From Felis catus (taxonomy: Eukaryota): DNA of 64,000 bases. Positions 12,350-23,745 of this stretch are shown here, piece by piece (the stretch's first letter is position 1; each line of letters opens with the position of its first letter). The stretch is taken from NCBI RefSeq assembly GCF_018350175.1, contig NC_058369.1, forward strand, positions 2,110,001 to 2,174,000, written 5' to 3'. The notes below the pieces were generated by a model. The model worked only from the letters and a program-made list of their open reading frames with translations. It did no database searches and was not told the origin of the DNA. The translations under genes and the position numbers were made by a program.

Positions 12350-13170
12350 CAGCAGCATGAAGGCGTGGAGCCCCCAACCCTGATGGAGAAGGACAGTTCT
12401 GTCCCGAGACACTTTTCCCCAGGGGACGCTCTCCGGATAAAGCCCCCAGTAACCCGGGTCAGCAGGGACGGGAACGACCTGACACACTTACCACCCTCTG
12501 CCCTGAAGGGGAAGAAAGGAGGCAGAAAGAACTCGGGCGTCTTACACCTGCTCAACGCGAGGCTGGTGGAGGACAGAGCCATCCGTGCTGAGCTGGACAG
12601 GGTGACAGGTCCTGCTCACAGGTGACAGGTGACCTGCAGACGCCTACCTGAGCCCTGTGCTCCTGGGTGCCTCAGTTGGTTAAGTGTTAAATCAAGTGAG
12701 TCTTGATTTTGGTTAAGGTGGTGACGTCATGGTTCGTGGGTTCGAGCCCCACATGGGGCTCTGAGCTGAGGGTTCAGAGCCTGCTTGGGATTCTCCGTCC
12801 CTGTCTCTCCGCCCCTCCCCCTGCTCACACCCTCTGCCTCAAAATAAATAAAATAAATATAAAAAGAGAGAGAGAGAATACTCACAGGAAGTCCCCCTGG
12901 CTCACCCACGACAGGGCCTGGCACAGACCCCCACACCCACACTTTGTGCCTCATCTGCGATCAGCTCAGCTGCTTGTCCCCGGGACCAGGGGGCACAAAA
13001 TGCTGGCTGGTCCCGCTTTGCTTTGGCTTCTCTCCTTCCTCCAGACCCCTGAACGTGGGCTTGCCCTCATCCTGGGCCACACACAGCCCCTCCTGGGGAC
13101 AGGGGGACAGGCTGGCCTCAGGGAACCTCCACGTCAGCACCACACCTGCTCACGCCTGGTTTCTTTCCTC
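12350..13170 (+). repeat. Near-identical intron-1 block (46420-47220); diverged third copy at 32500-33200
   Basis: Long identical runs between the 12.4 and 46.4 kb copies. Confidence 0.95.
12662..12878 (+). mobile_element. Can-SINE shared with the 46709 copy
   Basis: Same aberrant head and flanks in both copies. Confidence 0.88.
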
Positions 13171-13859
13171 CTCTCCTCCCTTCTACACGACTCTTGAGAC
13201 ACTCACAGGTCTTACGCTCACAGTGTCCTCTCTGTGGATGTATCTCTTACTCCTAATACAACAGCCCCCCACCCCCCTGCACAGCCCTTGTCTCCAATGC
13301 AACAGCCCCCCCCCCCACACACACACCATCCCCCTGCAAAGCCCCTGCCCCTAGTGCAACAGTCCCCTCGCCCCTCTTTGTAATCATTCTCCTCAATACA
13401 GGAGTCTCCCTACTCAATTGGGAATCTTCATTTGACACTGGTTTGACCACCTGTCCACCACCGCCCCTTTCCCACCCAAACTTTACGCAGGCCACTGTCC
13501 TCCCTTGAATTGTGGGAGGCCCACACGCCGAGCATCCACTGAGCTGAGGAACAAGGCCCTGGGGACCTGAGCCACCGAGGCCTTCCTGCACCGCAGGGGC
13601 GGGATCCTGACACTGGGCCTTCCTGCCCACCCCCCTCTCGCAGAATAGCCACGCCCCGGTTCTGTTTCACTGGCAGGTCCCTGAGATGGGAGCTGGTCCT
13701 GTTGGAATTGATTGTAATAAACTGTCCTCAGCCAGGCGCAGATTTGAATGTATCTCTCAGGTCCATCGTGAGTTCCCCGACCCCAATTCCCAGGTTTTAC
13801 TGCCCCCGCACGTGGTGGTCCCCTCCTCTTTCCACCAGCAAGAGACTCAGGTGGTCACA

Positions 13860-14620
13860 GGAAAACCCGCACGCGGGGAGGTGACGGGACACCTGGAGCC
13901 CAACCCGAGACCCACGGCAGAAAATCGGGAGGGGACCCCAGAACCAAGACGCGGGGAGCGGACAGAACGCCGGAACTCCACCCCGCCGACGAGGGCTGAA
14001 AATCGGGTCCAGACCCCCGGGGTCTGGGAGACCCGGGCCCGCGGCCCCTCCCAGGGGTTCCTGCCGGTGGGAACGAGCCCCTCCGGGTCTCACTTGGGCC
14101 GGACTCACCCTCTGGCGGCTCCGCTCCGGGCTCTCCACGCGTCCTCCACTCGGCACTGCGGCCCCAGGCGGGTGCCAGCTCCGCGCAGAGGAGCCAGAGC
14201 CCGCGGCGAACGCGGGTTCACGTCCACGAGGTGGGATCGCGCCCGCCCCCGGGCCTGATTGGAGGGTTCCCGGGATATAATTGCGGCCCCCGCGCCGTGA
14301 TAGGACGGCTTGCGGCCCTTCACGGTCTGATTGGAGGGTAACCCCCCTGTGGCCCCAGATTGGACAGCTCCTCCAGGCCCCGCCTCCTGCTCCCTGAGTG
14401 ACAGGCTGGGGGTACACACGTGTCCCAACCCCCTGCGCCCAGTCCGCGCCCAGCTCCACTCGCAGCGGTATTCGCTCCGGGCGAGCTGAACCCCCGCCCC
14501 CCCCTCCCCCGCCGCATCCCTCTTCTGTCCCAGGAATCTGGCTCAGTTTCTCTGCGGAGGCTCCCTTGTCCGGCGCTGGATTAGGATGCGACAGAAGGGC
14601 CCGGTGACCCTCTGTCCGTG
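13860..14620 (-). promoter_or_regulatory. Paralogous CpG-island promoter with first-exon donor at 14109/14108
   Basis: Aligns to 48.7-49.0 kb (gtgataggac..ggcccttc..ctgattggagggta; caggccccgcctcct; cctgagtgacaggctgg); three ATTGG; minus-strand CAGAGG|GTGAGTCC. Confidence 0.8.
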
Positions 14621-14864
14621 GTCCACACTGGACCACTGTGTTTAGGAACAGCTCAATGACCGGTGACGTCACCAAGCGGAAGGCAATGTCGCCCGGGCAC
14701 AGCCACAGGTGTGACACGTTACAACACTCAGGTGTGCGTTATATTCTGCAAGGAAAGTCACGCAGATCCACTTTGTAATCAGTCCCTGTGAATGTGGAAC
14801 GTAAAAGCTCCATTTCCTTCTTCAGGTGGTGTGTTGATGTGGGACAGCTCTGGGAACACGCAAC

Positions 14865-14928
14865 GGGAGGGGAGGGGAGGGGAGGGGAGGGGAGGGGAGG
14901 GGAGGGGAGGGGAGGGGAGGGGAGGGGA
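14865..14928 (+). repeat. (GGGGA)n pentanucleotide tract
   Basis: About 12-13 perfect units. Confidence 0.97.
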
Positions 14929-14963
14929 GAACACTGAGTTTTACTCTTAAAAGTGTGAGCACA

Positions 14964-15148
14964 GGAGCACCTGGGCAACTCAGTTGCTTGAGCCAAGGAC
15001 TTCAGCTCAGGTCATGAGCTCCTGGTTAGTGAGTTGGAGCCCAATATTGGGCTTACTGCTGTCAGTATATTGTCCGTTTCAGATCTGTCCCCATCTCTCC
15101 CTGCCCCTACCCCTGCTCCCTCTCTCAAAATAAATAAACATTTAAAAA
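14964..15148 (+). mobile_element. Can-SINE, absent from the paralog near 49630
   Basis: Flanked by aa.tgtgag-like repeats. Confidence 0.85.
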
Positions 15149-15229
15149 CATGTGTGAGTCCCATGGTGTGCGACTTATATCTCCATTTTCCTAAGCAAAT
15201 TTAAAGGCCACAATAGCCAGGAAATCATG

Positions 15230-16100
15230 CCTCCTGGGCACTGTTGAAATATTTCGTGTCTCTACGGATTTGCCCACTCTATTTAATGTAAGTGACTCAC
15301 ACCACGTGGTCTGTGTGGCTGGTGTCTTCCACGTGGTATAACACTGTCACCATACGTTCACGTGCATGATGTGTCTGTCCTTCATTCCTCTCTGGGGCTG
15401 AATCACCGTCCGTCTTGTGTCTATGCCGCACCCTGTTCATCCATCCACGCACTGGGGGACACTTGGGACGTTTCCCTCTTTTGCGGGGAACGCAAGAAAA
15501 GTTTTGCACCTGGCATTCCTGTACACACATCTGAGTGTCTGTTTCCGTTTACGTAGGCCTGAAACACTTGGGTCACACTGCCGTTCTGTGTTTCACTTTT
15601 TGAGGAACCACCAAACTTTTTTCCACATCAGCTGCCCTGACACTCCCACCAGCCAAGCGCAGGGTTCCGCTTTCTCCATCCACATCCTGGACGCCACTTC
15701 TTTTCTGGATTCTGGCTCCTAGCCGTCCTCCTGAGTGGGAAGTGGCATCTCATCGTGGTTCTGACTCGCATCGTCCTGATGGGAGGATCGTTTCATGTGT
15801 CTATTAGACATTTGTGCGTCATCTTAAGAGAAATGGCTGATCAAGGTTTTGCTCGCTTTCTGACTGGGCCAGGTTTTTGTTACTCACTTAAGACTTTGTG
15901 TATTCTGAATGATAAAATGTTATCATGGATGTGATTTACAAGGTTGTTCTCCCATTTTATGGGTGTCCTTTCAATCTCTCGATAATGACCTTTGATGCAC
16001 AAGACTCTCATCCTGCTGAAGCCTCGTTTACCTACTTTTCTTGTGTTCCTTGTGATTATCCTGTCAGTTAAGAAACCTTACCGAATGCAAGTTCATGAAG
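15230..16100 (-). mobile_element. Ancient L1M 3' fragment upstream of promoter A
   Basis: L1M-like motifs (ttttgaggaaccaccaaact, gtggcatctcatcgtggtt); paralog at 49710-50550. Confidence 0.7.
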
Positions 16101-16364
16101 ATTTCTCCCTGAGTTTCTTTCACTCTCGGATTATCCAGGACAGGCCCTTCAGGGCTGGGGATTTTCAGCAGAGATGTTTTCAAGGCCTGGAACTGAGATG
16201 CTCCACATAACACACATGTCCCTGGACAGTTGTTTAATGTGAAAAAACATGAAATTTATTGTAACGGAACTTCTGTCTTAAGTGATGACTTTGACTCCTA
16301 TTGAATATACTTCTATATGTCCATACCTTCATCATGATGCTTCCCTCATAGCAAGCTTTTTAGA

Positions 16365-16821
16365 AAAAATTTTTAATGTTTATTTATTCTTGAGCAAGAG
16401 ACAGAGACAGAGTGTGAGTGGGGGAGGGGCAGAGAGGGAGACAGACAACAGAATATGAAGCAGGCTCCAGGCTCTAAGCTGTCAGCACAGAGCCTGACTT
16501 GGGGCTCGAACTGACAAACTGTGAGGTCATGACCTGAGCTGAAGTCGGACGCTTAACCGACTGAGCCACCCAGGTGCCCCAATCATAGCAAGCTTTTAAA
16601 AAATTTATTTGCATTTAAAAAATTATTTTCGTGTGTATTTATTTTGAGACAGAGCACGAGCAGGGAAGAGGCAAAGAGAATGCAAGAGAGAGAATCCCAA
16701 GTAGACTCTGCACTGTTAGCACAGAGACCTATGCAAGACTCAAACCCAGTAACCATAACATCATGACCTGAGCCCAAACCAAGAGTCAGATGCTCAACCG
16801 ACTGAGCCACCCAGGCACCCC
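16365..16821 (-). mobile_element. Two adjacent Can-SINEs (16365-16580, about 16620-16821)
   Basis: The first has TSD tcatagcaagctttt; the second has no visible TSD. Confidence 0.9.
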
Positions 16822-18311
16822 AATTTGCTAAGTTTACCTACCCAGAAGTGGAATTATGGACATACGGTAATCGTGTTTACTTTTTTGTGGAAACTCCATA
16901 CTGTTTTCCAAGGTGGCTGCACCAATTTAAATCCCAACAACAATAAGGAGATTTTTTCCTCCACACCTTCACCATCACTTGTTATTTCTTATCTTTCTGA
17001 TACTAGCCATTCTGGCTTCTGTGAAGAGATAGTTCGTTGTGGTTTTGATGTGCATTTCCTTGATGATTAGTGATAGTGAGCAGCTTTTCATGAATTAAGT
17101 GGCATGTTATGTTTTCTGTGGGAAAATGTTATGCTGTTTCAAGTTTTAAGTTTTCCTTTTGTTCCCCTTAACTGAAGGGATAATTCCACAAAAATATTGG
17201 TAAGGCTGACATCCATGAGTTCAGCACCTCTGTTTTGTCTTAAGAGGTGTACATGTTCAAGTCTTACATGTAGGTACTTAATCCATACGGAGTTTCCTTC
17301 CAGGTAAGGGGTACGAAGCTGGCCGTTTCATCTTGCAGGGAGCTGTCTCATTTTCCCAACACCACTTACTGGAGAGACAGTCTTTTCCCCACTGTATATT
17401 CTCAGCTCCTTCTTTGCAGATAATCTGGCCACATAAACATGGGTTGACTTCTGGACTCTCTATTCTGTTGCCTTGAGCTCTGTGTCTGTTTTTGTGCCAG
17501 TATTATGCTGTTTTGTTTAATAGAGTCTGAAATCTGGGACTGTTATATCTTCAGCTTTGGTATGCTTTCTCAAAACTGCTTTGGTTATTTGGAATCTTTT
17601 CTGTTTCCATACAAAATTTAGAATTTCTTGCTCTAGATCTTTGAAAAATACTGTTAGTATGTTGATAGGGATTGCATTGAATATGTGGAGTGCTTTTCAC
17701 ACTATGGGCATTTTTAACAATATTAATCCTTGCAATCCATGACAATAGTATATCTTTGAATTTATTTTATCATCTTCAATTTTGTACATTGAATGTCTTA
17801 TACCTTTCAGAGTACAGGTCTTTCAACTTCATTGGATACATTTACTGTCTTTTATTGTTTTTGAAGACATTGAACATGAGTTTGTTTTCTTAGTTTCTCA
17901 TCTGCTATTTTTTTTATTAGGAATAGAAATGCAACAGATTTGGGTGTATTAATTTTGTATTCTGTAATGAATCTAAACTCATTTATTATTTCTAATAATT
18001 TTGTAAAGTCTTAGGGACTTTCTATATATAGTTTCTTATCATCTGCATATACTGATAATTTTCTCTTCCTTCTTAACAGTCTCCATATTTCTTATTTCTT
18101 TATCTTCTCTGACTAGTATGGCTAGGACTTCCAGGACTATGTTGAATGAAAGTGGTGAGAGTGGACATCCTTGCTTTGTTCCTGACCGTAGAGGAAAAGC
18201 TTCTGGCTCTTCACCATTGAGTATGTTAGCTGTGAGTCTGTTATATATGGCCTTTGAGGTACATTCCTTGTGTACACCCCATTTTGAGAGTTTTTATTGG
18301 GAATGGAGATT

Positions 18312-18505
18312 GGGACACTCTGGTGGCTCAGTCCGTTGAATCTCTGACTCTTGGTCTCAGCCGAGATCATGATGTCCCTGTTGGTGGGTTCTACACGCTG
18401 ATAGCAGGGAGCCTTCTTGGGGTCTCTCTCTCCCTCTGTCTCTGCCCTCCCCTACCTCGCACTCACTCTGTCTCTCAAAATAGGTTAATAAACTTAAAAA
18501 AAAAA
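18312..18505 (+). mobile_element. Can-SINE within L1
   Basis: Head and tail motifs; gaatggag flanks. Confidence 0.85.
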
Positions 18506-19350
18506 CAATGGAATGGAGGTTGAATTTTGTCTAATGATTTTCTACATCCATGTAGATGATCACATGATTTTTGTAAATTATTTCATTAATGTGGTATCTC
18601 ATGTTGATTGATATACGTATATTAAAAAAAACTTTGCATCCCTGAAGCCCCACTATATTGTGGAGAATGCTCTTTTGAATGTATTTTGAATTCCGTTTGC
18701 TGATATTTTGCTTGGTATTTTTCTATCCATCTTCATCAGGGAAATTCATCCATAATTTTTTTGTACGGATGTCTAATATGTAGACATATTATATTATATA
18801 ATGTAGACATATAGTATACATCTAATATGTAGTAGTCTGTATATGTAGTAGTCTAACATGTAGACATATTATATTATATATTATAATTTTTTTGTATGGT
18901 GTCTAATATGAGGGGAATTCTGCCCTCTTGAAAGAGTTTAGAAGTATTCCTCCCTCTTCTACAGTCTGGGATAGTTTGTGTAGTGTGGCTCCTACATCTT
19001 CTATATATGTTGGTAGAATGCCCCTGAGAGGTTGTCTGGGTGGTCCTGAACTTTTCCAGGAAGTGGTTTGGTTAGTAATTCAATTTTGTTTCTAGTAATA
19101 GATCTGTTTACATTTTCTGTTTCATCCTGATCTACTCTTGAGGATTATAGCCTCTAAATGTGTGTATATTTCTTCTACATTGTGCAATTTGTTGGTATAA
19201 ATTTTCTCAAAGTAATCTCTTTTAATCCATTTATTTCTGTGGTGTCGACTGTAATTTTCTTTCATTTCTGATCTTGAGTCTTCTCTCTTGTTTTCTTGAT
19301 TAGTTTTGTTAGATTTTATCAATTGTATCTTTTCAAAGAACCAGCTCTTA

Positions 19351-20406
19351 AGAGTGCGAGCACATGAGCAGTCCTCCGCTCTTTCTCCGTGGCTGTCACC
19401 TCAGCCAGACCAGCTGAGCAGAGCTTCATGGAAGCAGTGTCAGCATGGATCCCAAGCAAGTTCTTAGAAATCAGCTACCCAGGAAAAATGACTTTTACTC
19501 TTATCAGCCACTTTCTGAGGACCCTCCTCCAGAGACAGGGGAGTCTGTGTGCCTCCAGCTCAAGTCTGGGGTTCATCTCTGCAGGGTTGGTGGCAGTTTA
19601 AGCCCCCAAACATGCTCCAGATGTCACGAGGCATGTTACCGAACTAAGGAGCATCATACTCCAGACTGGAGATGGGGACATAAGCAGGCTTGTAGACAAT
19701 CAGAATTTGAAATTGTAATAAGAACAGAAGATGAGGTTATACTTGAAGATGTTGAAAAGGGAAGGGAAGCAGAAATTACAGGAAGCATGGGTGAAGCACC
19801 TGATGAAGAATTGGATTCCACGGCAAAATATGAACCCAAGGAAGATAAAAATTCCAGAAGTTTAAAACTAAAATAGCCCTAGAGCCAGAACAGATTCTTA
19901 GATATGCCAGAGGGATTGCACCCATCTGGATCTCTGGTGAAAATGTCCCTCAAGAAAAGGATATTCCAGTTTGCCCCTGTGGGGCCAAGAGAATATTTGA
20001 ATTCCAGGTCATGCCTCAGTGGCTCAACCACCTAAAGGCCAACAGACTCGGCAGGAGTGTTGATTGGGGTGCTCTGGCTGTCTCCACCTGTGTTGAAAGC
20101 TTTAGACAGGGGATTGGCTACACAGAGGAACTGGTTTGGAAGCAAGATATAACAGATACACCTGAAGACAAGGTCATAAAGCCTTACGAATTCTCATAAC
20201 CTCTTAGACCTTACCATTCCCGTGCTAGGACTGTATCCTAAGGAAATACCTATACCAGAGACAAAGATGTTGTTTTAGGTGAGTTTACAATATGTAAATA
20301 TTAGTGAAACAAAAAGGTCCAGTGACAAGTAATTCAATAAATTTTGGTGGGTCCCTACAGCAGAAAGTAATGCAGTCTTTTCTTTTTTAATATATATTTT
20401 TTAATT

Positions 20407-20437
<31 letters not shown>

Positions 20438-21341
20438 ATGTGGGGTGGGGGCAGAGAGAGAGGGAGACACGGAATCCAAAGAAGACTCCAGGCTCCAAGC
20501 TGTCACCACAGAGCCTGACGCAGGGCTTGATCTAATGAACTGGGAATTCATAACCTGAGCCAAAGTCAAATGTTTAACTGATGGAGTCACCCAGGAGCCC
20601 CAGTGGAGTCTTAATGATACAGACCTATATGCACATCAAATAAGATACAGATTTACAGGGCACCGGGGTGACTCAGCTGATCGAGCGTCTAACTGCAGCT
20701 CAGGTCATGATCTCACGGTTTGTGGGTTCTAGCCCCATGCTGGGATCTGTGCTGACAGTACAGACCCTGGAGCCTGCTTCGGATTCTGTGACTCACTCTC
20801 TCTGTCTTCCCTCCCGTGCTCATGCTCTCTCTCTCAAAAACTAAGTAAATATTAAAAAAAAAATTTTTTTTAAATTTTTTTTTCAACGTGTATTTATTTT
20901 TGGGACAGAGAGAGACAGAGCATGAACGGGGGAGGGGCAGAGAGAGAGGGAGACACAGAATCGGAAGCAGGCTCCAGGCTCTGAGCCATCAGCCCAGAGC
21001 CCGACGCGGGGCTCGAACTCACGGACCGCGAGATCGTGACCTGGCTGAAGTCGGACGCTTAACCGACTGCGCCACCCAGGCGCCCCTAAAAAAAATTTTT
21101 AAAGCAACTTGTATTAGAAAAAACATACAGCTTTCAGCTGACAAGATATTCATAGTATGTATCTTTGTAAAAGTATTTATATGTGTGTTTGTCCACAGAA
21201 ATCTGGAAAGACACATACTCGGTGTGAACTAATTAACTATGAATAGTGGGAGTAAGTGAAATAATTGTTTTATCTGTATGTTTGTTTCTTTCTACAATAA
21301 AATGGGTTCATGGCCTAATTAAGACCAAAAAAGGGGGTGGG
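19351..21341 (+). pseudogene. PDCD2: PDCD2 processed pseudogene (CDS relic about 19389-20166, long 3' UTR, poly(A) remnant)
   Basis: Intronless [13 protein letters not shown]...[16 protein letters not shown]...EFEIVI...WKQDITDTP. Start is GTG, frameshifts present, MYND cysteines lost. AATAAA 21296-21301, A-tract 21327, TSD gaaccagct(c/g)tta at 19338-19350 and 21342-21354. Confidence 0.93.
20377..21086. mobile_element. Three Can-SINEs in the retrocopy 3' UTR (20377-20601 -, 20657-20862 +, young 20863-21086 -)
   Basis: Head and tail motifs. Confidence 0.9.
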
Positions 21342-22199
21342 GAACCAGCTGTTAGTTGTCTTGATGTTTTCTATTTTTAAATCTCCATTTCATCTCTTTC
21401 TGCTCTGTTCTCTGTGACTTGGGCTTTGCTTGTTCTTCTTTTTCTAGTTACTCTAGGTGTGAGGTTAGAATGTTTGAGATTTTCCTTGTTTCCAGAGGTA
21501 GGCCTGTGTCAGTATGCACTTCCCTCTTAGGACTGTGTGTGCCACACGTGCAAAAAATTTTCCATCACAGCATTCATTCATTTTTATCTGGCTCCGAGTA
21601 TTTGATGATTCCATGTTAATTTCTCTGTTGGCCTGTTGGTTTTTAGTAGCATGCTGTTATCCTCCACATGATTGAGCTTTTTCCTATTCTTTTCTTGTAC
21701 TTGACTTGTAACTTCATACTGCTGTGCACGGAAAACATGCTTGGTATGATTTCAGTCTTGTTAAAATTACTGAGACTTGTTTTGTGGCCTAACATATGAT
21801 CTATCCTGGAGAATGTTCCATGTGCACTTGAAAAGAATGTGTATTCTGCTGCTTGGGGTGGATTGTCCACATGTATCTGTTAAGTCCACCAGGTTTATTT
21901 AATGTGTCACTGAAATCTACCCTTTACTTACTATCAGTCCGGATGTTCTACACGTTCACATTAATGGAGTGTTAAATTCTTCTACAATTATTGTACTACT
22001 GTCATATTCTGCCTTTATTTCTATTAATATTTGCTTATATATTGAGGTGTTCCTTGCAGGGTGTGTAGTTATATTCCATTGTTGTGCTCTTGTTGGATTG
22101 ATCTGTTTATCGTCAAGCATTCGCCTTCTGTGTCTCTTACCACAGTCTTTGTTTTGAAGTCTGCTTTATCTCATATAAGTATTTCTAGTTTCAGCCCCT

Positions 22200-23530
22200 G
22201 CAGGGGGCTTCTAATGGACTTAATCTGTCACCTTTAGAATAATGTATGGGAACCCAAGGTAAAAACTGACAATGGGGAACAATGTGATTGACCTGTGTGG
22301 ACACAGTTACAAACTATTTGGTATTAAAGCTAATGTAAGGTTGTGATATGATTAAATAGACATTCTGTTAGAGTTATCCACATCACACATAACACTTATA
22401 TTCTACCAAGGTTTACTAAACATCAAATGAGCTCACATTATCTTTATTGTAATTTGTCAGGAAAAGATAGCTTAAAATCATAGTCCGTTTTGTCTATCTC
22501 ATGAAGTTCTCCTGGGTAAATGTTAAGATAGATTTCAAAATCTTTCATAACCTGAAACTTTGAAGTTTCCCTAAGTTCAATGATAAATCGGGTATAATTC
22601 ACTTGGCATATAAGTCTTTTTTTTTTAAGTGTGTATTTTTGAGAGAGAGACAGAGTGCAAGTGGGAGGGGCAGAGAGAGGGAGACACAGAATCCAAAGAG
22701 GCTCTAGGCTTGGAGCTGTCAGCACAGAGCCTGACATGGGGCTCGGACCCACAAACTGTGAGATCATGACCTGAGCCGAAGTCAGATGCTTAACCAACTG
22801 AGTCACTCAGGCACTGCAGTCTTTTCTAAAGAAAATAAAATACTGACATGTTAGTTATCAAGCATAAGTTTTAAGAGCTTTTGACTTCTTCTTGCAGAGA
22901 AACCAAAGATGATCAGGATAACTGGAAAACAAGTTTTGTACCTCACTATAAGACTGTTCGACGAAAAAGGCACATTGCTAAAAACTGTAAGATGTATTCG
23001 TAAGTATGTCATCTAAAGAATCCTGGTGTAATAGACAGTTTACAATTAGTTTTACTGGAGAACAAGGTTTCTAAGTGTTAAAATTGTACCAATGTAATTA
23101 TGACTGACGGAAATGAGGAAAACAAGTCTGCATATAGTAAAGAAGGACATGATAAGAAAGATGTAAGGGATGGGAATACATTTTGTTGACATAGAAAGTA
23201 ATTTTGTCTGGGGCGCCTGGGTGGCTCAGTCGGTTAAGCAGCCGACTTTGGCTCAGGTCATGATCTCGCGGTCCGTGAGTTCGAGCCCCGCATCGGGCTC
23301 TGTGCTGACAGCTCAGAGCCTGGAGCCTGCTTCAGATTCTGTGTCTCCCTCTCTCTGACCCTCCCCCATTCATGCTGTGTCTCTCTCTGTCTCAAAAATA
23401 AATAAACGTTAAAAAAATTAAAAAAAAAAAAAAGAAAAAAAAAGAAAGTCTTAAAATGAGGTTGTCTTAAAATGACGACAATCTGAGGACAAAATCTGAG
23501 TGTAAAAGAATGTTGTAGAAAGTTTGGGGA
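22200..23530 (+). mobile_element. ERV1 internal fragment (MER4-group-like)
   Basis: Similar in composition and motifs to 1.8-3.3 kb. Confidence 0.45.
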
Positions 23531-23745
23531 ACAGGAGCACCTGGGTCATCAGTCGGTTAAGCGTCCGACTTCGGCTCAGTAATGATTTCAGGTTTCATGA
23601 GTTTGAGCCCCACATCAGGCTATGTGCTGACAGTGGGAGGCCTGCTTGGGATTCTCTCTCTCCCTCTCTGTCTGCCCCTCCCCCAACCGTGCTTTTTCTC
23701 TCTCTCTCTCAAAATAAATAAACAGACTTAAAATTTAAAAAACAC
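22616..23745. mobile_element. Can-SINEs at 22616-22815 (-), 23210-23446 (+), 23533-23745 (+)
   Basis: Head and tail motifs. Confidence 0.88.

Larger units (their letters stand above)
14250..16360 (+). repeat. Duplicated promoter and upstream block (paralog about 48700-50825)
   Basis: Colinear, e.g. cacagccacaggtgtgacacgttacaacactcaggtgtgcgttatattctgcaaggaaagtcac in both. Confidence 0.95.
16830..22185 (-). mobile_element. Older LINE-1 ORF2 relic, interrupted by the PDCD2 retrocopy and a SINE
   Basis: Minus-strand ORF2 pieces (AEYTFFSSAHGTFSRIDHMLGHK; SWIARINIVK); resumes after the TSD at 21342. Confidence 0.9.

Noticed and set aside
12277..12582. MALSSTSLALSR.. ORF (also 46332-46631) as an alternative N-terminus
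   Set aside because: The available donors are phase 1 or 2, not the phase 0 needed for the KRAB exon; there is no independent support.
13686..14717. 190-aa and 306-aa ORFs over promoter A, and similar ORFs at 44.9-45.8 and 48.0-48.8 kb
   Set aside because: Stop-poor GC-rich DNA; low-complexity translations on both strands.
19445..19876. 143-aa ORF as a functional PDCD2 retrogene
   Set aside because: MYND cysteines are mutated, the C-terminal domain is frameshifted, and there is no promoter evidence.
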